DNA of 64,000 nt, taken from IMG/VR virus record IMGVR_UViG_3300027286_000002. One strand, given 5' to 3'. Below, piece by piece: positions 20,145 through 28,188 of the stretch. Positions within the stretch are counted from its first letter, which is position 1; every line of letters begins with the position of its first letter. Origin of the DNA: a virus. Lineage: Duplodnaviria > Caudoviricetes. The translations under genes were made by a program, and so were the position numbers. The notes beneath the pieces were generated by a model. The model had not been told where the DNA came from, did not search any database, and saw nothing but the letters and a program-made list of their open reading frames with translations.

Positions 20145-21155
20145 ATGTTAAAAAGAAATAGATTTAATCGTTTTACTGCCTGTGGCTGTAATGGTGATGA
20201 TTCTCAACAAGAATTATCTCAACCTTTAATGATGAGAAGAGATTATGGTAGCATTGAAGCAAATGATATGTTTGCTGATTTTGATAAAGAATCTAGATTT
20301 CATGAAGGTCCCCAAGGCAAGAAAGAATTTAAAGAATGGTTTGAAGATCAACCTGAAGATTTTCAAGATGAATGGAAAGAAAACACTGATAAATATAAAG
20401 ATCAGTTTAAAAAAGCTGATTTGGAAAGACAGTCAAGATTTCATTCAGGACCCAAAGGTAAAAAAGAATGGAGCAAATGGATTAAAGAACAAGACTTTGA
20501 AGATGAATGGAAAGTAAACACCTGTATGTATGGTGGTACTATTACAGGTCAAGCACCTAAATCTCAAGAGTCCTGCGAAAAAGAATTGAATGTTAAACTA
20601 GCATCAAGAGTAGCTAATAAGTTTATTAATGCTAACAATACTCAAAATAAGTTTCTTAATAGAACTGCTAGAATGCTAGTAGCATCTATTGAATCTGAAA
20701 TGAATGATCTTTTAGCTGATGCTGATAAAGCTGATGAAAAAGCTAAAGAATATAAAACTGCATGGTCTAAACATGATTTGACATACCTTAAGAAATCAAA
20801 TGTTATTCCAGCTGATCTACATGATAAACTAGCATCGTCTTTTGATATTATTAAAAGTGCTGAAGAACTTGTTAAGAAAGCTGTGAGAACTCTTAAAGCT
20901 ACTGCAAAAAAGAAAAGAAAAGAAGCTAGAAAGCTAGGTAAGAAAGCTAATGCTATTATGGATATTCAAGCTGATTCAGATGGTTCTTATATGTCTGTTT
21001 CTCATATCGAACAAATGATTACTCAACTTTCTACTCTTGCTGATATGATTAATTCAGATACACCATTAGAAGATTGGGTTGAAAGTAAACTTGCTCATGC
21101 ACATCAAAACATTATGGATGTAGCAAGCTATATGCTATATAGTCCTAAATCTTAA
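20145..21155 (+). CDS. Charged hypothetical protein, possible internal head protein
   Basis: Internal repeat SRFHEGPQGKKEFKEW / SRFHSGPKGKKEWSKW; KLASRVANKF; C-terminal LEDWVESKLAHA..I.DVASYM resembles the WVxSKI block of large-phage proteins. Confidence 0.6.
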   Translation: MLKRNRFNRFTACGCNGDDSQQELSQPLMMRRDYGSIEANDMFADFDKESRFHEGPQGKKEFKEWFEDQPEDFQDEWKENTDKYKDQFKKADLERQSRFHSGPKGKKEWSKWIKEQDFEDEWKVNTCMYGGTITGQAPKSQESCEKELNVKLASRVANKFINANNTQNKFLNRTARMLVASIESEMNDLLADADKADEKAKEYKTAWSKHDLTYLKKSNVIPADLHDKLASSFDIIKSAEELVKKAVRTLKATAKKKRKEARKLGKKANAIMDIQADSDGSYMSVSHIEQMITQLSTLADMINSDTPLEDWVESKLAHAHQNIMDVASYMLYSPKS

Positions 21156-21362
21156 ATACCATTTGATTGTCCACAGGTCTTTATCTACCATATAATCTAA
21201 TATCTCTAAAGACCAAAATAAAAAAAGGTAGCCTGATATTTTTACATACCAAACTACCTTCTCTTGTACTGCCAATTCGCTTTTAAATAATATGATGCTT
21301 ACTTTTATATAACATAGAAACCATAAAGCTAACCATATTATTAACATCAAATACCTTATCAA
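21135..21362 (-). CDS. Small putative membrane protein
   Basis: Two hydrophobic segments; follows the Hc1-like gene on the same strand. Confidence 0.4.
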   Translation of the reverse strand: MIRYLMLIIWLALWFLCYIKVSIILFKSELAVQEKVVWYVKISGYLFLFWSLEILDYMVDKDLWTIKWYLRFRTI

Positions 21363-21394
21363 GAGACTTTATCAAGATAAGATATATTTAATGT

Positions 21395-21652
21395 TTAGGC
21401 TTTCTTAATGGCAAAGCCTGTTGCATACTTCTTTTTTGGATTTGCTTCTTTTTCTGCTTTTCTCTTTGCTTTTTCTGCTTTAGAGATTTCTAACAATTCT
21501 TTTCTTAAACCATTTAAAGATTTAGAAATTGTTAGAAGTTCTTTTCTTGCTCGCACACTTGGCTTGAGTTTGCCTTTTTCTGCTGATTCTACATCAGCTA
21601 CAACTGCTTGTAATTGTGCAATCGCTTCGGATAACTTTAATGATAATGTCAT
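21395..21652 (-). CDS. Histone H1-like nucleoid protein, Hc1 type
   Basis: AEKG.....RARKELL.ISK....LRKE...ISKAEK aligns with the Chlamydia Hc1 N-terminal helix (AEKGNKAAAQRVR..SIKLEK.AKVYRKESIKAEK); K/A-rich tail. Confidence 0.65.
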   Translation of the reverse strand: MTLSLKLSEAIAQLQAVVADVESAEKGKLKPSVRARKELLTISKSLNGLRKELLEISKAEKAKRKAEKEANPKKKYATGFAIKKA

Positions 21653-21679
21653 TTGAACATTTCCTTTGTTTTGATTGGT

Positions 21680-22054
21680 TTATTTTATAATACAATAAAA
21701 AGGTCTAAGGTATTCCACAATTTTTTTATGTGATGTCATTTTTATCACTGTCTGAAATTGCTCTTCACCACAGATCTTTGCTATGTCTATCAATTCCTGC
21801 ATCGTAGGTTTAATAATCGTGTTTACAAAAACATGATTTTCTTCCATATATACAAACTCATCTTTTCGGATTAGTCCTTTAAGATATAAGATAGTACTGC
21901 CATATTTTAAAACCCATGCTTCTGCTTCTCTCATTGCTCTTTTTTGTTTCTTATTTACTTTAGGTATAAGATCAGGTGGCAAAACCAACACAGGATCAAT
22001 CCACCTCTTAAAGTAAAAATTGTTTCCAAGATAATCTTTCAAGTTCATTCGCAT
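21680..22054 (-). CDS. Hypothetical protein (124 aa)
   Basis: ORF in the polymerase operon. Confidence 0.55.
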   Translation of the reverse strand: MRMNLKDYLGNNFYFKRWIDPVLVLPPDLIPKVNKKQKRAMREAEAWVLKYGSTILYLKGLIRKDEFVYMEENHVFVNTIIKPTMQELIDIAKICGEEQFQTVIKMTSHKKIVEYLRPFYCIIK

Positions 22055-22220
22055 CTTCCCATTTCAAGAAAATTAACTTTTCTTTGTTGATTACTTCTTC
22101 TTTGGTAGTGATGATCAAGTTATAAAACTTTAACTCGATCTTTAAATCTTTTTTTACTGCCAATGGCAATACGACTTGATAGCCATCACTAATGGCTTGG
22201 ATGATTGTTGAGTTTAACAT
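22008..22220 (-). CDS. Hypothetical protein (70 aa)
   Basis: Starts 3 bp after stop of 22223..22708; overlaps next gene. Confidence 0.45.
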   Translation of the reverse strand: MLNSTIIQAISDGYQVVLPLAVKKDLKIELKFYNLIITTKEEVINKEKLIFLKWEDANELERLSWKQFLL

Positions 22221-22222
22221 TT

Positions 22223-22708
22223 TTATTTTCCCATTTGAAATTTGCCACCTACTTTTAAAGTTTTAGGTGGCAAAGACCATTCGTCTTGTTGAATGACAGG
22301 TTGTTGTGGTTTAAGGTCTTGTGGATTACCTACAAAATATAGATTTTGCACAGGTGTGTTTATCTCATCATTTTGAGATATGACAACAGGTTTTTCAATC
22401 TGTCCTATCTTATAATGTTTAGGCTGTGTTTTATTAAAATCTAAACTAGCTGGTGTCCATACATCAATAGCTGGATTGATATGGTATTCTTCAAAATCAC
22501 TGATGCCTTTATATTGAGATGCTTCAGATTGCTTTATTGTAGGTGTATTAAAAAACCTATCGACTTGAGTAATAATTCTTTCATCCCAAGTAGAAAATGC
22601 CCAGCTTGCTCTTTCACATTTTCTATTTTTACAAACCTTGCAAAACATTTCAGTAAAGTCTTTTTCTGTCATGCCTTGATTATTACATTCAAATAATAAA
22701 TCTTTCAT
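22223..22708 (-). CDS. Hypothetical protein with N-terminal Cys cluster (C..FCxxCxxxxC)
   Basis: Possible metal-binding motif; operon-coupled. Confidence 0.6.
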   Translation of the reverse strand: MKDLLFECNNQGMTEKDFTEMFCKVCKNRKCERASWAFSTWDERIITQVDRFFNTPTIKQSEASQYKGISDFEEYHINPAIDVWTPASLDFNKTQPKHYKIGQIEKPVVISQNDEINTPVQNLYFVGNPQDLKPQQPVIQQDEWSLPPKTLKVGGKFQMGK

Positions 22709-22709
22709 T

Positions 22710-22928
22710 TTATTTATCTTCTTTCTTTGGTGAGATATATAAATCAGAATCTACAATCCAATTATTTCTGCCTACGATTTCTCTTGCTCTTGCAATCGAT
22801 AATGCCATACACCTTCTAAAATTATCTTTTGTAATCACAAGTCCAGCTCCTTCATAATTGTTTATATAATGACATAGCTTTTCATTATATTGAAACCTAT
22901 TGCCACCATGATGAAACCAATATAACAT
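22710..22928 (-). CDS. Mini-gene array member 7 (putative MTase target-recognition module)
   Basis: MLYWF..GN..NNYEGAG..I.KDNFR..MAL..AR..NW..D.D.Y.SP. Confidence 0.7.
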   Translation of the reverse strand: MLYWFHHGGNRFQYNEKLCHYINNYEGAGLVITKDNFRRCMALSIARAREIVGRNNWIVDSDLYISPKKEDK

Positions 22929-22929
22929 T

Positions 22930-23166
22930 TTATCTACATTCTTTCTTAGGTGCTAAATACACATCTGCTTGATTTATCCAAGTATGTTTTATTAAAGATT
23001 TAGATACACTTAATGCTATGCTATCTCTAAAATAATAAGGCTGTAAAAAGAAACCTTGTTTGCCACAATCATCTCTACTAGCTTTTGAAGTAATAGAACT
23101 AATAAAATACTTATATTGTGATGAGTGCATTACATCATTTGATGATAATTCTAACCAACAAATCAT
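22930..23166 (-). CDS. Mini-gene array member 6
   Basis: MICWL..N..ISS..G..FR..IAL..HTWINQADVYLAP. Confidence 0.7.
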   Translation of the reverse strand: MICWLELSSNDVMHSSQYKYFISSITSKASRDDCGKQGFFLQPYYFRDSIALSVSKSLIKHTWINQADVYLAPKKECR

Positions 23167-23390
23167 TTCTCTTCATCCTTAATAATAGGAGCATAATATC
23201 TATCACAATTATTTATCCAAGTTCTATTTATAACATCTCTTCCTCTTGCTACATAGATAGACATATTTAATCTAAAGTTTTTCTGATCTATGTAATATCC
23301 TGAATGTCTACTAGATACACTTGATAAAAAGAAGACATGAGAATCAATAGATGTGATGTCATTATTTGAATTTTCAAACCAACAAATCAT
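23163..23390 (-). CDS. Mini-gene array member 5
   Basis: MICWF..NN..LSS..GYYI..NFR..AR..TWINN.D.YYAP; ATGA overlap with member 6. Confidence 0.7.
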   Translation of the reverse strand: MICWFENSNNDITSIDSHVFFLSSVSSRHSGYYIDQKNFRLNMSIYVARGRDVINRTWINNCDRYYAPIIKDEEK

Positions 23391-23395
23391 TTTAC

Positions 23396-23623
23396 TTATC
23401 TTTCTATAGTAGGTTTAAAATACATATCATTAGCACGATGCCAATTCTCATATTTCCTAGAATCCATAAGATAACCTGTTCTCACAATATAGAAAGCTAA
23501 AGCATCTCTAAAATTAGTTTCTTTTATAGGTAATCCTGTGTTTCCAAAAGAACTTGAAGTGATTAACACAAATCGAGTATTTCTTTTCACTTCATTCGCT
23601 GACATCTCAAAACTAAAAATCAT
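23396..23623 (-). CDS. Mini-gene array member 4
   Basis: MIFSF..N..ITSS..GLPI..NFR..VR..NW...D.YFKP. Confidence 0.7.
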   Translation of the reverse strand: MIFSFEMSANEVKRNTRFVLITSSSFGNTGLPIKETNFRDALAFYIVRTGYLMDSRKYENWHRANDMYFKPTIER

Positions 23624-23876
23624 TTTACTTATCTCTCTTACATGGTGCTAAATGCACATCACAATCTTGATACCAATTTCTACCATTAGGCTGGACTAAT
23701 GCTCTAACATTAAAGAAAGCTATACTCTTCCTAAATGAGTTTCCCTCCCTTATATGAAATCCTGCACCTTGATAGTTATTTACTAAGAATACTAACTCTT
23801 TATTGTATCTTACTAAATTTCCATGTGAGTGAAACCAACAGATCATTTTACTTATCTTTCTTACATGGTGCTAAAT
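23619..23876. repeat. Direct repeats at mini-gene junctions (35 bp, 1 mismatch: 23619..23653 and 23842..23876)
   Basis: ATCATTTTACTTATCT(C/T)TCTTACATGGTGCTAAAT; a 30-bp partial copy at 23376..23405 matches 23832..23861 with 1 mismatch. Confidence 0.85.
23625..23846 (-). CDS. Mini-gene array member 3
   Basis: MICWF..GN..NNYQGAGF.I..NSFR..VR..NW..D.DVHLAP. Confidence 0.7.
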   Translation of the reverse strand: MICWFHSHGNLVRYNKELVFLVNNYQGAGFHIREGNSFRKSIAFFNVRALVQPNGRNWYQDCDVHLAPCKRDK

Positions 23877-24069
23877 ATACATCAGGATCGTTCATCCATG
23901 TATTTTCAGGTAAAGTCCTAGCTATAAATAAACCTATTGTATTTCTAAACGATTCTTTATTTCTAGGATACATTCCACTAACATTAGATGATAATTTAGA
24001 TGAAATAAAACATACAAGTAAAGGATTGAACTGCACATTATTGCCATTATTATTAAACCAACAGATCAT
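23848..24069 (-). CDS. Mini-gene array member 2
   Basis: Start reset to MICWF at 24069; ..ISS..SG..FR..IGLF.AR.LP..TWMNDPDVYLAP. Confidence 0.7.
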   Translation of the reverse strand: MICWFNNNGNNVQFNPLLVCFISSKLSSNVSGMYPRNKESFRNTIGLFIARTLPENTWMNDPDVYLAPCKKDK

Positions 24070-24286
24070 TTTTTGTTCTTTCCACTGATAATGCCAAATA
24101 CACATCAGGATCATTCATCCAAGTATGTTTAGGTAAAGACCTTCCTATATATAAAGAAATTGACTTCCTAAAATTATCTTTTCTTATATAGAAACCATGT
24201 TGATTGTGATATGCACTACTAAATAATGCTACTTGCCAATGATTATGACATACACAACCACCACGATTATTAAAATAACAGATCAT
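24053..24286 (-). CDS. Mini-gene array member 1
   Basis: MICYF..QVALFSSAY..HGFYI.KDNFR..ISLY..R.LP.HTWMNDPDVYLA; starts 7 bp after polymerase stop. Confidence 0.7.
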   Translation of the reverse strand: MICYFNNRGGCVCHNHWQVALFSSAYHNQHGFYIRKDNFRKSISLYIGRSLPKHTWMNDPDVYLALSVERTKNDLLV

Positions 24287-24292
24287 TTTAAT

Positions 24293-26893
24293 TTATTCCT
24301 TTAATAAGATAGATACATCTCTACCTTGATACATAATCTTAATGTCTTTACCTGCATTATTCTTAATCCATTCGCTTAACCTGTCTGTTTCACTATGAGA
24401 TAACTCACTCAACTCATAAATCTCATAATGCTTTGCTTTTTCCTCTTGCTCCGTGCTTAAGGTTGTTTCATTTAATACCTTTGGCTTTGGCTGTCCACTA
24501 TGATCTACTTTAAAAGCATTTACTAAAAACTCATCTTCACCTTTGCCTTCCCTTAACTCTTTCAAGTCATAAGGCACAGACCAATCTTTTCCTATCTCAA
24601 CATCCACTGTTAATGGTACAATCCAATTCTTATTTTGCAATGCTTTATTCCTAACCATAATATCACATAACAAAGGTATCGCTTCACCTATAATGTCTTT
24701 ATGGATTTCAAACACAATTTCATCATGCACTGTTAAAATCATCATTAGCTTATCAAACCAATTTCTCTTTTTAACATTCTCATAAATTAAACTCATTGCA
24801 ATCTTAGTAATATCTGCACTCGTACCTTGCACAGGTGAATTTACTGCCTTTCTCTCATCCTTTGATCTCAAAGAAAACTCTTTAGATTTAATATCAGGCA
24901 TTAACATTCTTCGACCAAAAGCTGTTAATACATATCCATTTTCTTTGGCAAAATCCACTTCCTTTTTCCACCACTTTGTTAAACCTTTATATGTCTTTGT
25001 AAAGGTTTGATATTTCTCATCACCTTCTTCTTGAGTACAACTAATAGTTCTAACTACTGCTTTACCTGTACCACCATAACATAAAGCAAAATTAACACCT
25101 TTCGCATTGCCTCTTAATGCTTTCCAATCAGGTCTTTTCTTTGCCTCTTCACCATAAAAAGCAACTGCTGTCAATGTATGCAAATCACCTATTTTATCTG
25201 ATCCACATATACAGATAGCTGGTGGTATAATAGGAAATCCATCTTCGCCTCGTTCTTTAGTATATTTACGATTGCATGATGAACATCTAAAAAATTCTTC
25301 AATCCATAAAGGCTCTTGACTAATGTTTGTTACAATTCTTAACTCAACACCTGCATAGTCAATTGCTACTAAATAATGATCAGGATTTCTTACTGCAATA
25401 CACTCTCTTAATCTTGAAGTAATCATTGGTCTTTTCGGATCATATCCTGATGGAATACCTTGAAAAGGTACTCTACAACCACCATCTTTTGTCTCCCATG
25501 GTCTACTTGTAGTACCACAACTAAAACGACCTGTATCTGCTCCGAACTGATTAAACTTTGGTTTTAATGTACCATCATCTGCAATATCTTCTTTCATAGG
25601 TATGAGATATTGACCTAATGCTTTAGCTAGTTCTCTTAATCTTTTAATCTTTCTCACAAATGGAAAAGTATCGGATGCCTCTTCAATTACTTCATCTAAA
25701 ACATCAGCACCTGTTGCCACTTGACCACTTGCAGTAGTTTGTAAATTAGGTACTTCTAATTCTCTAAACATCATGCCTAATTGTTGAGAAGATAAAATAT
25801 CATATTTATATTCAAAGACTACTTCTTCTTTTTGTTTAGGATTAGTTAAAGATGCTACCATTTTTCTAGCTACAAAATCTTCACCTGCCATATCTAAATG
25901 TGGATACATACGATCAGCTTCTTTTCTTGCCTCGTCTATGCAATCTTTAAAGCTATCTGTATTATCTGTATTAAACTTATTAACACCTTTTAAATCGCCT
26001 TTCATGATTTTAATGTATGCTGGCATAACATCTCTACCAAGTAATTCATTTGCTCCTTCATATACTTCAATAAGGCTGTCCATCCATTCCTTTTGACCAA
26101 TCTTAATAAACTCTTGTGTTTTCTTTTGATCAATATAAACTCTGTTTCTGTGCATCCACCTAACTGATGTATTGCATTTCTTTTCTATCATATAAAGACT
26201 AATCATTTCTTTAGGAAAGATGTCTTTTAAGATATTATAAAGTTTAAGAGTACATAAAGCATCAGCACCTGCATACCATACACAAGCATCCCAAGACGGA
26301 TCAAGAGTAGAATAATCTTTAATTTTAGATTTAGGAATGAGTTCATCAAGTTCAATCATTTCCCAACCTAATTTATCTTTAGACATATCTTTAAGACCAC
26401 GACCACCTTTATCACGACTGTTCATAAGACAAGCCATAATATAGTTATCTTCCCATAGCTTTGGATTTTCAAATCTTTCTTTACCTAAAAGAGTTTCGCC
26501 ATTATATTCTAAAAACTCTTGATCAAAAGCACCATTATGGAATATAGGAATAGCAGTAGCATTTACATTAAGCAAGCGACTAAATTCTCTATCTATGATT
26601 GACCATGAAACATTATGTTCTGTACCTGCACTGTGTCTAATAGGAAAGTAATATGCTTTCTTTTCATTCGGAGCAATAGAAATACCTACAATAGATGCTC
26701 TTGTTCTACCATGAAAAACACGATTATCTAAACCTGTTGTTTCTAAGTCTATGCCATAATGACTAGATGCCAAACATTCATCAATAGCTTGTTTAATATT
26801 ATCTTTAGTACCTAAAATGAGATCAACTTCTTTCATCCATTTTTTAGGTTTAACATCTGGTCTTTGTAGTGATTCAAAGAAATCTGAAAACAT
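24293..26893 (-). CDS. polA: Family A DNA polymerase with 3'-5' exonuclease domain
   Basis: ExoI IDLETTGL, ExoII HNGAFD, ExoIII YAGADA; ADTGRFS; motif A IDYAGVELR, motif B R.NAKGVNFALCYG, motif C TVHDEIV; no 5'-3' exonuclease domain. Confidence 0.95.
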   Translation of the reverse strand: MFSDFFESLQRPDVKPKKWMKEVDLILGTKDNIKQAIDECLASSHYGIDLETTGLDNRVFHGRTRASIVGISIAPNEKKAYYFPIRHSAGTEHNVSWSIIDREFSRLLNVNATAIPIFHNGAFDQEFLEYNGETLLGKERFENPKLWEDNYIMACLMNSRDKGGRGLKDMSKDKLGWEMIELDELIPKSKIKDYSTLDPSWDACVWYAGADALCTLKLYNILKDIFPKEMISLYMIEKKCNTSVRWMHRNRVYIDQKKTQEFIKIGQKEWMDSLIEVYEGANELLGRDVMPAYIKIMKGDLKGVNKFNTDNTDSFKDCIDEARKEADRMYPHLDMAGEDFVARKMVASLTNPKQKEEVVFEYKYDILSSQQLGMMFRELEVPNLQTTASGQVATGADVLDEVIEEASDTFPFVRKIKRLRELAKALGQYLIPMKEDIADDGTLKPKFNQFGADTGRFSCGTTSRPWETKDGGCRVPFQGIPSGYDPKRPMITSRLRECIAVRNPDHYLVAIDYAGVELRIVTNISQEPLWIEEFFRCSSCNRKYTKERGEDGFPIIPPAICICGSDKIGDLHTLTAVAFYGEEAKKRPDWKALRGNAKGVNFALCYGGTGKAVVRTISCTQEEGDEKYQTFTKTYKGLTKWWKKEVDFAKENGYVLTAFGRRMLMPDIKSKEFSLRSKDERKAVNSPVQGTSADITKIAMSLIYENVKKRNWFDKLMMILTVHDEIVFEIHKDIIGEAIPLLCDIMVRNKALQNKNWIVPLTVDVEIGKDWSVPYDLKELREGKGEDEFLVNAFKVDHSGQPKPKVLNETTLSTEQEEKAKHYEIYELSELSHSETDRLSEWIKNNAGKDIKIMYQGRDVSILLKE

Positions 26894-26949
26894 GATTGTC
26901 CTTTTAATAAAAAGAGTTCAATCATATTATATTATATTAAATCTTTTTT

Positions 26950-27681
26950 CTAAGTATTTTCATCCGTGTATCTATGTGCTTTAAGATTATATTGACAGCA
27001 CATCTCAATACCTACATTTAAACGATTGACTTCAAAAGACATGACAATCTTTTCTAAATGTGTTTGATCAATTTTTTGTTCATCAATAACTAATTGACCT
27101 TCCCCGGGGATATTATCTATGTTTTCTTTTCTTAAATCAATATTTGATTGAAAAACTTCATCTATAAAATCTTCAATCTTTTCATCATCAAAAAATCCTT
27201 CTTCACTTTCATCCCAACTGTCATCTTCATCTTCTTCTTCAAAACCAATGATTTGATTTTGAATTTCTTTCATCAGTTCATTTTTACCTGCATCAGTAGA
27301 AAGATCTGATTTAAGAGCAGTCAAAAGATCAGCTTGATTACCATAATTCTTAACAGCCTTTAATAACTTTTTTGCCATGTCTGTATGCAAGATATTTCCT
27401 TGAAAGAACATTCTTGCACCAATAACACCTTCAAGTTCATATTCACCACTGTGTAATAAACTTGGTCTTGTTAAAGTTACCATACCTTTTAAATATTCTA
27501 ATGGTGTTAGTGATTTAGTAGCATATACTTTTAAATTCATAATCGCATCTGCCAAAGCTGTGATTAAAGCATCTGCTACAATCTTTTCTTTATCGATTGG
27601 AATTAAATTAAAGAGATTGCTAAAAGCTAATTTGACAATAGATGTTGGACTAGCATACTTACTGATATATGAATACTTCAT
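26950..27681 (-). CDS. Hypothetical protein with KYAS/KLAF leader and acidic stretch
   Basis: Start at MKYSY after AAAGGA; EEEDEDDSWDESEE tract. Confidence 0.6.
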   Translation of the reverse strand: MKYSYISKYASPTSIVKLAFSNLFNLIPIDKEKIVADALITALADAIMNLKVYATKSLTPLEYLKGMVTLTRPSLLHSGEYELEGVIGARMFFQGNILHTDMAKKLLKAVKNYGNQADLLTALKSDLSTDAGKNELMKEIQNQIIGFEEEDEDDSWDESEEGFFDDEKIEDFIDEVFQSNIDLRKENIDNIPGEGQLVIDEQKIDQTHLEKIVMSFEVNRLNVGIEMCCQYNLKAHRYTDENT

Positions 27682-27747
27682 TTTAAATCCTTTGTGTTTT
27701 ATCAATACAAAGGATCATACTATAGAATAATTATAAAAAACACACCT

Positions 27748-28104
27748 TTATTGATTGATATAATGCAAAATCACTTTCTTTAAAAATTCAGGTTTGGATA
27801 CTAAGTTATACCATTTAAATGAATGACTTGAAAATTCACTATATGAATAAGTACCATCATTTCTTCCAACATCTGCTATTTTTTCTTCAGTGATCACAAT
27901 TTGAAGTTTAAAATTTCTACCGAAATAAATTCTATTGTCTTCACAAATGAAACTCTTTGCTTTAAGTTTATATTTCACTTGAAGATCATCAAAAGAGTTA
28001 AGAACATCACAAAGAATTTGTGCACCCTCGATACAATAATCTTCATTGCCTTCAATTTCCCAATCGATGTTATTAAGGTCTTGAATTTTTTGATTTAAGT
28101 CCAT
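27748..28104 (-). CDS. Hypothetical protein (118 aa)
   Basis: AAGGA SD; preceded by motif at 28144. Confidence 0.6.
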   Translation of the reverse strand: MDLNQKIQDLNNIDWEIEGNEDYCIEGAQILCDVLNSFDDLQVKYKLKAKSFICEDNRIYFGRNFKLQIVITEEKIADVGRNDGTYSYSEFSSHSFKWYNLVSKPEFLKKVILHYINQ

Positions 28105-28143
28105 TTGACTTTTCCTTTTTAAGGTTGTGTTAATGATATTAGA

Positions 28144-28176
28144 TAAACACTAAGACACTTAAAAAGATTGCAACTT
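28144..28176 (-). promoter_or_regulatory. Conserved promoter-like motif copy 4 (variant)
   Basis: AAAGTTGCAA-N17-GTGTTTA-TC-TAATAT. Confidence 0.6.
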
Positions 28177-28188
28177 TATTAAAATATT

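Noticed and set aside
22710-24286. CRISPR array or DGR template/variable region
   Set aside because: Repeats are coding junctions of intact ORFs, ~220 bp period; differences are not adenine-specific; no cas or reverse transcriptase gene in the window
24293-26893. Intein or intron in the polymerase
   Set aside because: 866 aa with continuous motifs; the only clear insertion is the short Cys-rich one, without splicing motifs
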